64,000 nt of DNA from Candidatus Latescibacterota bacterium (lineage in GTDB: Bacteria; Latescibacterota; UBA2968; SICM01), in the NCBI GenBank assembly GCA_965217865.1, contig CBDCJO010000002.1, positions 1,600,001 to 1,664,000 of the forward strand, given 5' to 3'. The notes below the pieces were generated by a model that saw nothing but the letters and a program-made list of their open reading frames with translations, did not search any database and was not told the DNA's origin. Both the position numbers and the translations under genes were made by a program. Shown here one piece after another: positions 52,273-61,195 of the stretch (the stretch's first letter is position 1; every line of letters begins with the position of its first letter).

Positions 52273-53265
52273 GTGGAACTTAACTGGTACTGGGGGGCGG
52301 CCATTCTCGGGTTGGGGGCGTTCTGGATCCAACTGATATTGTCTTTCCGTGCACGGGCAAACAAGATGAAGCCTCAGGGTGAAAAGATCAAGAAAGCTCT
52401 TTCAGAAATGGAGGCGAATACCCAAGAAGCCCGACAGGAAGCCGATGAGACCCGGAAGCGGATCGAAGAGATGGAGAAAGCGTTCGAGGTCGCAGATCAG
52501 AAACGCCTGGATGTGATAGGTAGGCTAGACCGTTATCAGATGGTCCTGATACCGGCCGGGGATTGTCGAATCGGGAGTTCTGACGGGCCGAAACACGAAC
52601 AACCTAACCATCATGTGCATCTCGATGGATTCCTTATCGACCGTTATCCCGTAACGAACGTCCAGTACAAACAATACTTAGACATTACCGGACAAAAGAC
52701 GCCGCCCCATTGGTTTGGGGGCACCTATCCGATAGAACAGGCCAACCACCCTGTTGTCAACGTGGGTTTTCAGGAAGCCCGCGACTTTGCGGAATGGATG
52801 GGGAAACGCCTTCCTACTGAGGCCGAGTGGGAGAAAGCCGCCCGAGGGCCGGACGGGCGGACTTATCCATGGGGGGTTGCTTTCCACAAGGAGCGCCTGA
52901 ATAGTGGGAACGATCCGGGTCAGACTACACCCGTTGATAAATACCGGGATGGAGGAAGCCAATATGGTGTGATGGACATGTGTGGAAATGTGTCGGAATG
53001 GACCGTAGATTGGTACGATGAGGAGTATTACAAGGAATCACCGTCTTCAAACCCGGAAGGACCCGAGACGGGGAAATTCAAAGTCATCAAGGGGGGATTT
53101 TTCGGTGAAACCATCATGGGTGTCAGGGCGGCCTGCCGTGCATTCTATCCACCCGCCAACGGTCGAGACAATCTGGGATTCAGATGCGCCAAAACCCCGG
53201 GCGAGAAACCTCCCAAACCTCAAGATAAAGAGAAATCTTCTTCCCAACCCGAAAAACGTGAATAA
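52273..53265 (+). CDS. Membrane-anchored FGE-sulfatase (SUMF1/EgtB/PvdO) domain protein
   Basis: TM, coiled coil, RLPTEAEWEKAARG, DMCGNVSEW, LGFRC. Confidence 0.85.
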   Translation: MELNWYWGAAILGLGAFWIQLILSFRARANKMKPQGEKIKKALSEMEANTQEARQEADETRKRIEEMEKAFEVADQKRLDVIGRLDRYQMVLIPAGDCRIGSSDGPKHEQPNHHVHLDGFLIDRYPVTNVQYKQYLDITGQKTPPHWFGGTYPIEQANHPVVNVGFQEARDFAEWMGKRLPTEAEWEKAARGPDGRTYPWGVAFHKERLNSGNDPGQTTPVDKYRDGGSQYGVMDMCGNVSEWTVDWYDEEYYKESPSSNPEGPETGKFKVIKGGFFGETIMGVRAACRAFYPPANGRDNLGFRCAKTPGEKPPKPQDKEKSSSQPEKRE

Positions 53266-53420
53266 CGATATCGATTATCACCTCGCGAAAGGGATCGGTT
53301 CCTGTTATTTTCGGTTTAATCCATGGGGACCCGATCTCGAGCGCTCCCCTTTGCCTTATAGAGTTCCTCGTCGGCAAAACGAAGAAGCTCCTCAGGCGAA
53401 GTAACACCCTCTTCCTCTAG

Positions 53421-54583
53421 TGTTATAACCCAGGAATAACTTGACAAAGTAATGGATTCGTCTTATGGTTCCTTATGCCCTTATCCAAGGAGGAACCGAT
53501 GAAAATGGGACGTCCATTGCAGCCATTGAACCTTAGTGATGAAGTCCGAAGTGAATTGAAGGCGATATCTGGTTCGCGGATCTTACCGCATTCTTTGGTG
53601 CGCCGTGCGAAGATCATACTGATGAGTGATATCGGACTCACGAATCTACAGATAGGCCAGAAGCTGGGACTGTCCTATGCCACGATTGGGAAATGGCGTA
53701 ATCGTTATTGTGCTCAAGGGCTGATGGGGCTTTACGACGAGATGCGTCCTGGAGGTCCACGTTCAATCTCCGACCAGAAGATTGCCAGGCTCATTGGCAA
53801 AACCTTGAAGACAAAGCCAAGGCATGCAACTCACTGGACCTGTCGGTCCATCGGAGCTGAGACTGGGCTCTCCAAGTCCACCGTTCAGCGAGTCTGGAAA
53901 GCCTTCGGACTTCAACCTCATCGACAGAAACACTTCAGACTCTCAAACGATCCCTTCTTTGTAGAGAAGGTCAGGGACGTTGTCGGGCTCTACCTCAACC
54001 CGCCAGACAATGCTATGGTGCTCTGTGTGGACGAGAAAAGCCAGGTCCAAGCATTAGATCGAACGCAACCGATTCTGCCACTGGGTTTGGGTTACGTCGA
54101 AGGCGTAACTCACAACTACATCAGACACGGGACAACGACGCTGTTTGCTGCTCTAGAGATCGCCTCGGGAAAAGTGTTAACACAATGTAAACCGAGACAC
54201 CGTCATCAGGAATTCCTTCAATTCCTAAAGCACATCGAGGCAAACGTCCCGGAGGATCTCGATATTCACCTGGTCTTGGACAACTATGGCACGCACAAGC
54301 ACCCTAAAACCAAACAATGGCTTGCAGCCCGGCCAAGATATCAGGTCCACTATACACCCACTTACGCGTCCTGGCTAAACCAAGTCGAGATCTGGTTCAA
54401 CATCATTACACAAAAGGCAATCCGCCGGGGTTCCTTTCGTAGCGTGAAAGATCTGGTCAATAACATCAAGAAATTCGCCGATCACTACAACTCAAATTCA
54501 AAACCCTTTGTGTGGACTGCCACCGCAGAATCCATCCTCGAAAAGATTAAGCGACTATTTGAACTTATTGGCGGGACACGACA
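53421..54583 (+). mobile_element. IS630-family IS, copy 2 (1163 bp)
   Basis: Flanked by CTAG (53417-53420) and CTAG (54584-54587); inverted copy of 2178-3340. Confidence 0.93.
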
Positions 54584-54587
54584 CTAG
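53475..54587 (+). CDS. IS630 transposase
   Basis: DDE motifs; the stop TAG is supplied by the CTAG target. Confidence 0.92.
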   Translation: MPLSKEEPMKMGRPLQPLNLSDEVRSELKAISGSRILPHSLVRRAKIILMSDIGLTNLQIGQKLGLSYATIGKWRNRYCAQGLMGLYDEMRPGGPRSISDQKIARLIGKTLKTKPRHATHWTCRSIGAETGLSKSTVQRVWKAFGLQPHRQKHFRLSNDPFFVEKVRDVVGLYLNPPDNAMVLCVDEKSQVQALDRTQPILPLGLGYVEGVTHNYIRHGTTTLFAALEIASGKVLTQCKPRHRHQEFLQFLKHIEANVPEDLDIHLVLDNYGTHKHPKTKQWLAARPRYQVHYTPTYASWLNQVEIWFNIITQKAIRRGSFRSVKDLVNNIKKFADHYNSNSKPFVWTATAESILEKIKRLFELIGGTRH

Positions 54588-54957
54588 CGTAGGCAGTCCA
54601 TGCAGCAGTCTCAGTTACACCGGTTAAATAGCCTCGGATGACCATCTCAACTGGAAATACCGTTAGTTTTTTTCCTACGACTACATTTGGATCTGGAACA
54701 TCAATTATGTGATTTTGGATAATATCTTTTGTGTGTTCAAACCAGAATGCAGATGTTTGAGTTATAACCTGTCCTTTAAATGGAATGTGAGCAAGGCTTC
54801 TATCAAAGGCAGACAGTCTGTCGGTTGATATGAGGAATACTTTACCTTTGTCCTCATAAACATCTCTAACCTTGCCTTTGTATTTCGTTCCTAGTTTTAG
54901 GTTCGTTCCTGTTAGGGTCTGTCCGATTTGTTTTTTGATTATTTCTTCCGCTATCAA
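54584..54957 (-). pseudogene. purC: N-terminal half of SAICAR synthetase
   Basis: GKVRDVY, STDRLSAFD, IPFKGQV, PVEMVIRGYLTG...AWTAYA, then the IS. Confidence 0.9.
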
Positions 54958-55085
54958 TTTTCTTCCTCCAAAAAATTAGTGGTTTATTCAACTTTATAAC
55001 TAGTGATTATACTGCAAAAATGCGATATATCTCCGTCTATTCTGGAAATATACCGAAACAATGTCCAACAGCCTCTTTCCATGTT

Positions 55086-55214
55086 GCCTAACGTTCCGTG
55101 CCCACGAAACCGCCCCCTCCTTCAGGGCGGTTTGGGTCGAGCACTGGCAGTCGGTTTGCGCTGTTGTTCTTTGCAGACCGGATGCCAGGCGCAGCCGTGG
55201 GCACTTTGTTATAT
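55086..55214 (-). other. Cassette recombination site (attC-like) of the nucleosidase cassette
   Basis: Minus strand ATATAAC-AAA-GTGCCCACG...CGTGGGCAC-GGAAC-GTTAGGC. Confidence 0.8.
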
Positions 55215-55296
55215 GACGTGCCGCCTGGGTGGTTGTGTGGGCTTGCAGGATGCCAAGCCTCGCGAAACAGACTTTCTTCAAAGAACCTTATGAAAG

Positions 55297-56007
55297 CTAG
55301 CATGCCCTAGCTATCCAGGCTGGAAGAGAGCCCACCAATCGAGTTAAGATGATTCTGGCATTCTCCTCAAAAATCCGAATATTCCCCTCATAAGCTTCCC
55401 CTCCACTGCCACCAACAAGATCTGAAACACCTCGCAAAATTAGACATTTTGTATTGTTGTGAGCTGCTACCCAGGCAATTGCTCCTGACTCCCAATCTCC
55501 CGCAACTGCACCAAACTTTGCCGTCAATTCGGGAATATCTTCCACCATAAGATCACGATCCCCAGAAACCAGAAACGTGCGATTCACTTCTTGAGGATAG
55601 GGTGGCACCAGCCAGGAGAGATCTACTTCAGTTGTGTAATATTCAACCGCGTCCTCGGCGTCCAGCATCTGCTCGATGATGTCATAGACGATTGTCCGTT
55701 CAACCAAGATGATGGTCCCTTTCTCAATCTTCCCTTCAAAACCACCGCAAGTACCAAGATTGACCAAAAGCAAAGGGGACCAACGATCAATAACATATTG
55801 GGTTGATGCTGCTGCTGAGATTTTTCCCCATCCACCTTGAAAGAAGAGAACGGACATAATATCTCCACTGACATCTAAATCAACTGAGAACCACTGCCCA
55901 TAAGGAGAAACAACCTTTTCTGCGTCTGGATATATTTCAGTGATCGCATTCCATTCGACAGTGGCAGAAATGATCACAATGACCTTGGATTCAGATGACT
56001 CATGCAT
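55297..56007 (-). CDS. MTA/SAH nucleosidase (PNP_UDP_1) family protein (gene cassette)
   Basis: GWGKISAA, NLGTCGG, GDWESGAIA, RGVSD. Confidence 0.85.
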   Translation of the reverse strand: MHESSESKVIVIISATVEWNAITEIYPDAEKVVSPYGQWFSVDLDVSGDIMSVLFFQGGWGKISAAASTQYVIDRWSPLLLVNLGTCGGFEGKIEKGTIILVERTIVYDIIEQMLDAEDAVEYYTTEVDLSWLVPPYPQEVNRTFLVSGDRDLMVEDIPELTAKFGAVAGDWESGAIAWVAAHNNTKCLILRGVSDLVGGSGGEAYEGNIRIFEENARIILTRLVGSLPAWIARAC

Positions 56008-56054
56008 GTTCAGGTCAAATCCACTCTCAGTATATGTTTCTTTTGCGGCATGTC

Positions 56055-56184
56055 ATATAACGTCCTGCAAGGCTCCCGAAATGGCCACGTCTGCAAAAGG
56101 ATTAATTGTTTCTCAATAAGCAAGAGTGGTAAACTCGTGGCCATTTGGGTCGAGTGTAAGCGAGCCGGGAGCGTGCTGTTATGC
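56055..56184 (-). other. Cassette recombination site (attC-like) of the GrpB cassette
   Basis: Minus strand GCATAAC...GCTCCCG...CGGGAGC...GTTATAT; internal AATGGCCACG/CGTGGCCATT stem. Confidence 0.78.
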
Positions 56185-56343
56185 GAAGCTGGCGCGGCCC
56201 CCTTCACGCGAAGCCTTCAAGGGGGCCAACATACAGCGCACAACATAGGCAATGGTTTTTCTTTTCTTGTTTTGTTACACCCGGCGTCAACTGCAACGGC
56301 TTGATAGGAGAGCGATGGTTTGAATGGAACACGGATCATTCCA

Positions 56344-56898
56344 TTACGCATCAGAAGGTCCCGGTTCCCATCCAGTATTTGCAGCCCACTGATCAGCTCT
56401 CGCGATGATCTCCCAGAAAATGTCGCTCTTGGAATCGGTGTATTTCTCACGCTCGTCTCGATATCGTTGTGCCAGCTCTTTTTTCTCGGACTCGTATTTC
56501 TCACAATCTTGCTTGTGCACCCGCATGTAATCGCGAAATAAGAGTGGAAACTGCTGGTGCCAGCTGCCGAGTTTTCTGACATGGACGTGCGTTCTTTTCA
56601 TCCTCTGGGTCTCACGAAAATAACGCTTTGTCTTCTCGTATTTCTTTCCCTTTCGCCAGTAATATCCCAGTTTCTCGAGAGGAGTTAGAAATAGCTCAAC
56701 TGGCTCAAGACTCTCGACCGAAATCTGGATATCGATAATCGGTTTTGCAGCAAGGCCGGGTATAGAGGTTGACCCGATGTGATCAATCCTCAGTGCAATC
56801 TCACCCAGAGCGCTTCGCATCTTCTTTCCGATCTCCTCAAATTCCTGTGGCCATTGTGGAGTATAAGGATGGATTTCTATGGGCTCAGGGCATATCAT
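56344..56898 (-). CDS. GrpB/UPF0157-family nucleotidyltransferase-fold protein (first cassette)
   Basis: IDHIGSTSIPGLAAKPIIDI, HVHV, LLFRDY, YTDSK. Confidence 0.9.
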   Translation of the reverse strand: MICPEPIEIHPYTPQWPQEFEEIGKKMRSALGEIALRIDHIGSTSIPGLAAKPIIDIQISVESLEPVELFLTPLEKLGYYWRKGKKYEKTKRYFRETQRMKRTHVHVRKLGSWHQQFPLLFRDYMRVHKQDCEKYESEKKELAQRYRDEREKYTDSKSDIFWEIIARADQWAANTGWEPGPSDA

Positions 56899-57012
56899 CT
56901 TGTTGTCTCTTAACTATTGCCTATGCGGAAGAGGCTCAGAATATATCAGTTCGCCGTAGAATAATTCAAGATGGGGTCGTTGGTTGTTGGGTTTTGCCTT
57001 TGCGCCAGTTTT

Positions 57013-57068
57013 GCATAACTTACGGTATTCCCGAACTTCTACGTAGATTCCTTAATTTCGGGATATTC
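57013..57068 (-). other. attI-like cassette insertion site
   Basis: Minus strand ATATCCCGAAATT...AAGTTCGGGAATA-CCGTAA-GTTATGC; GTTATGCAAAACTGGCGC matches the end of the first cassette. Confidence 0.65.
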
Positions 57069-57171
57069 CCCGCCCTTCGCAGATACCTCCCCACGAAGAA
57101 GATACCGGTATATGTTCGTGAATGCCTTGCTATAGGAGAAATCGTTTTTAGGATGAACTCACCTTTGACGG

Positions 57172-58279
57172 TTACATTAAACTATCCAGAGGACTCTGAA
57201 TCTTACCGATATCTCGGGTTGTGACCCTGGTGTAGATTTCGGTGGTCTTAGAACTCTTATGTCCTAATAATTCTTGAATATAACGCAAATCCGTTCCCCG
57301 TTCAAGCAAATGAGTAGCGAAGGAATGCCGCAAGGTATGCACCGACACAGTCTTCTCTATTCCTGCCTTCACATATGCCCGTTGGAATATCTTTTGGACC
57401 GAACGCTCGTGGAGGTGCCGCCCTGGACGGAAACCCAGGGAAAAGCCAAAGCCTGGGTTGGTATTTCTTGACATATACTCGTAACGCCTCCAGCGCAACT
57501 CTGGAAAGCATGGTATAACGGCCCTTCCTTCTTTTGCCCTGCCGAATATGGATTAGATTTCGATTGGGATCTATGTCCTCTGACCTTAATCGGACCACCT
57601 CACCCAGACGAAGTCCACCGGAGTATGTCAACAACAAAATCGCCCGGTGTTTAGGGTTCCCGACTGCATCCAGGATTCGAATGACTTCTTCGCGACTCAT
57701 GATATTGGGCAATTTTCGTTCCTTTTTGGGACGAGGAAGATTTTCAACGGGAAATGGATACTTCAAGACTTTATTGTAGAGGAATTTCAATGCGCTCACG
57801 CATTGGTTAACATAGCTGTGTGAAGCACCTTTTTCGAGCAAATCATAAACATATTGTCGAACTTCATCCTCCCCCAGGGACTCGGTATCAATTTCATAAC
57901 ACCGAAAATACCTTTCTGCATGTCCAAGGTAAGATTTTCTCGTCTTTGCTCGGTAGCCTCGAAGCCTCAATTCCTGCGCCATTTTAATTAAATGGCCCAC
58001 TGGCTTCGCTGCTGGGATCCGCGAGAAATCCCCTGGATTGCGGAGCGATCTTTCAACCTGAATCCTCTCGCCCTCGAAAAGAATCAATAAGCTTTCCACA
58101 ATCCCCTCCGTGTGGGGCACAGTCCAACATTTTATGTCTGGATCCCAGCGCCGACCCGGGATGCTCTTAATCTTCAGCACACGGTCCGGGGTATAGGGTA
58201 GGTGAACCTTGAGATATCCATTACCTTGCGAACTGATGTAAATGGGTTCTTGGGATAGCCTGACCTGTTGCTTTTCCAT
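57172..58279 (-). pseudogene. Tyrosine recombinase (integron-integrase-like, N-terminal HARP-like plus SAM-like domains), frameshift near 57433
   Basis: GLRLGE, HTLRHSFATHLLE, LLGH, TTEIY; GRRWDPDIKCWTVP N-terminus; reads WLFPG then RPGRHL in another frame; AAGGAGG RBS before ATG 58279. Confidence 0.8.
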
Positions 58280-58544
58280 TGGACCTCCTTCGCGATGGGT
58301 TTTTGTTGATGAAGGCTTAACAAATCGCGTGCCTGGAGGCCATGGCTGCATTTGGTGCGACTACTCCGTTTATATACAGGTATTAACCGATCTGGGAATT
58401 TGGGAGGAATTCTCCGGTGGTGAACTCGATTTTCATTCAGGGGGTTGTTGGCGGGAATGATTCTTTCAGGGCTTCTTTCGAATCCGCTCCAGACGGTTTT
58501 TCAGCATATACAATACGTCATAATTAATTGCGCACACCGGAAGG

Positions 58545-58805
58545 GCCGTGAAACGTCAGACGGGAAAAGCAGTGGCAGTGGCAGGAAAAGGCAAAGGCAG
58601 AGGTCGGAGGTCAGAGGTCAGGGGAAAAGCAGTAGCAAGAAAGGCAAAGGCATCCCGAGCGTCAGGGGTCAGAGGTCAGAGGCCAGGGAAAAGAAAAACC
58701 GTGAAACGTGATACGGCAAAAAAGGCAGTAGCAGTAGCAGGAAAAGCGAAGGCAGAAGCAAGCAAGACCCTTTCGCCCCTCCCCACCGGAATACAGAATA
58801 CAGAA
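58545..58805. repeat. Low-complexity hexamer/heptamer tandem repeats (GAGGTCA, GCAGTR, AAACGTG, CAGAATA)
   Basis: Read directly in the sequence. Confidence 0.65.
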
Positions 58806-59344
58806 GAAGACATAAATTCAACTCAGCCTGCGAGCCCGTTGACGCGAAACTCTCCGGAAAATATGCGCAATTACTTATGTCGTTAATGAATATTAAAAAC
58901 CAGGGCAGCTGACACAAACTTAGGTAGGCGCTCCCTTATGGGATTAAATGGCTATAAGCCTTTGTCCTGACACCCCAGGCTTTCCCAACCTAATACCTGG
59001 TATTTGGACTCGGTGTTCAACTGCCCTGGCATTTACATTGGAGAGGACTTTGCATCCACCAATTTATTACGGTTTCTTTATATGGCGAATGTTTTTCCTG
59101 CTGGTCGCCTTAAACCCTCTCTTATCAAACTGCTTTTGCTTCCTCTTTCCAACATCACTTGACGTGTGCCGCTTCTCCCTCTTTATGGCTGCCATAACGG
59201 ACTCCATTAGAAAATGGGTGGAAATTGAGTGTGGGCAGAACTTAATTCGATGACGCGAAGTATTCTCTTAGTTATCAGATTCAATGATCCTCTACTAAAG
59301 ATAAGGGTTTAGAGGAAAGGATAAAATAAAAATCCACGGCCATA

Positions 59345-59670
59345 AAGGCCGTGGATCGTGATTCGGGGATCTGGAAACCAGTGGATCAGAGAATCCGGGG
59401 TTCGTGGATCGTGATTCGGGGATCGGGAAGGCCGTGGTTCGTGGATCGTGATTCGGGAAACCAGGGGATCGGAGAATCCGGGGTTCGTGGATCGTGATTC
59501 GGGGTTCGAAAAGGCGACGGACAAGCTTTTTCATACAAGTGGAAAAATTGAATCGTAATACTGATACAGATAAGCGATAACGAGCAGGTGCGAATCACGA
59601 GAAGATTCGGGGATCGGGAAGGCCGTGGTTCATGGATCGTGATTCGTGATTCGGGATACCAGGGAGTCGT
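59345..59670. repeat. Heptamer-based repeat cluster (TCGTGGA-TCGTGAT-TCGGGGA) with about 30-bp higher-order duplications
   Basis: GAGAATCCGGGGTTCGTGGATCGTGATTCGGGG near 59388 and 59472; TTCGGGGATCGGGAAGGCCGTGGTTC near 59415 and 59606. Confidence 0.7.
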
Positions 59671-59686
59671 GTTCGGCCTTGAATCT

Positions 59687-60715
59687 TCAATACCTCTTTG
59701 CGTATCCCTTTTTCAGAAGCTCCCCGTTTAAAAACCGCCCGTTTCTCAGCGCATCTTCCGCCGCCCCTTTTCCCGGCAGGTAAAACAGGTCCGCCAGATA
59801 CCGGTCGTACTTGTCCGGCTTCGTCGTAGTGACTGCCACAGATGTATTTGCTGATAGCGCTGACGCCACGAATGCCCTGGCCTGCTGACCCTCCCTGGTC
59901 CGAAGTTCGGGCGTGTCGATCCCTCTAAGCCGCACTTTCTGTCGAGTCCAAACCTGGAATCCGCAGTCCACGTCCAGCCATATGGTGTCGCCGTCGATCA
60001 CGCGCTCCACGTACGCCAGGTAGGAGTAAAAGGCTGCCCGCGTATCGCTGACCTCCAGAAGCCTGAAAACCGGTTCGCCGTCACCCGGACCCCGAACCGC
60101 CTCCACGAGCGTGCCTTCTTGGGGATTATCGAGCCGATCCAGCGGCCTTTTTAGAAGGATTCCGAACCCCAGATCCAGGCGGAGGCCCCTTCCCCCCGGA
60201 GTTTCTATCAGTCGGTAGGTCCAGGGCTGTCCCCGCTTGGCCCGGAGTCGTGCCACCGGACTCTGTTGCGGTTGCTTAAGGCTCTTTGGGGGGAGAGAAC
60301 AAGCGTGGATCTGGGCGGCCAGTTCCCGGGTGCTCCAACCGTATCTATCTGCTTTCTGAGCAAGGAGATACCGTTCGTCATCAGACGGCAGTTTTATCAG
60401 TCTTCGGTAGTGCGTCCAGGTCAATTTTGAACGCGCGTGCAGAATTGGAAACGACCGGTGAAACCGAAGAGATTCATACAAAATCCTCTCGCTGATCCCC
60501 ACGTCCTTCGCCATCCTGGCAATCACCTGATCTCCGTAACCAGCCTTGGCCTTGATGGCAAGCAAATGCGCCTGGATCAATCCCCCAACCTCCCAGTAGG
60601 TCCTGACCTTTTCCCGTTCCACTGCCTGACGAGCCCGTTCCTTCCCCGCACTTAGAACCTTTGCGACTTCGCCGCGTAAGGCACTGTAGGTATTTACGAT
60701 AGGGAAATTAGGCAT
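59687..60715 (-). CDS. DUF1016 N-terminal domain fused to a thermonuclease (SNase) domain
   Basis: YWEVG...YGDQVIARMAKD...LTWTHYRRL...WSTREL, then VIDGDTI, VRLRGIDTPE, DKYDRYLA, LNGELLKKGYA. Confidence 0.8.
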   Translation of the reverse strand: MPNFPIVNTYSALRGEVAKVLSAGKERARQAVEREKVRTYWEVGGLIQAHLLAIKAKAGYGDQVIARMAKDVGISERILYESLRFHRSFPILHARSKLTWTHYRRLIKLPSDDERYLLAQKADRYGWSTRELAAQIHACSLPPKSLKQPQQSPVARLRAKRGQPWTYRLIETPGGRGLRLDLGFGILLKRPLDRLDNPQEGTLVEAVRGPGDGEPVFRLLEVSDTRAAFYSYLAYVERVIDGDTIWLDVDCGFQVWTRQKVRLRGIDTPELRTREGQQARAFVASALSANTSVAVTTTKPDKYDRYLADLFYLPGKGAAEDALRNGRFLNGELLKKGYAKRY

Positions 60716-61195
60716 CGGGACAGAAGCAGAATAATATAGTGGTAGTAACCGCTCAGTTAAAGTGGTTCTTTCGGCGGTGCCAAGATGGGCCGCCGAACGG
60801 GACAGTGATGAGCGGTTAACGAGTTCAATGGCTCACGAACCCGCGTCTGACCCTTTCTTTGTCTCAGAATTACGCGCAGGACAAAATTCATCCCTCAGTT
60901 CCCGGTCCCTTTACCCTATTACGGGTTTCGCTTCGCCGCATCCAAAAAAAGATGTGCGGTTTTTGCGTAGAAGCATCGCGCGGGTAATGAATTCACGAAC
61001 TACGAATATAATGTCCCCCGCAGCCGGACTTTTTTCCCCAACCCATCTCCGTCCTTCGACTACGCAACGTTGACGCGCTGCTCCGCTCAGGATGTTTTCA
61101 TTATGGTTTATGATTCCCTTTACTAGCGGGGGGTCGCTTCGTCCAGACAAACCAAAAAATATATATGCTTTCCATTGAAGTTGTAAAGTAAGAAT

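Noticed and set aside
2178-54583. Composite transposon carrying 50 kb
   Set aside because: The enclosed genes are housekeeping, and the purC halves lie one inside and one outside, which fits inversion rather than insertion.
56230-56285. Additional att site (GTGTAAC...GTTGTGC on the minus strand)
   Set aside because: Too short, no internal stem, and the GrpB cassette end-match points to 56178 instead.
57172-58279. Classical intI or chromosomal xerC/xerD
   Set aside because: It lacks the I2 insertion of IntI, has an extra N-terminal module, and sits at a cassette array rather than in a housekeeping context.
58445-59598. Short ORFs in the repeat region
   Set aside because: They are translations of low-complexity repeats or antisense noise.
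59345-59670. CRISPR array
   Set aside because: Units are degenerate heptamers with no unique, equal-length spacers, and there are no cas genes in the window.
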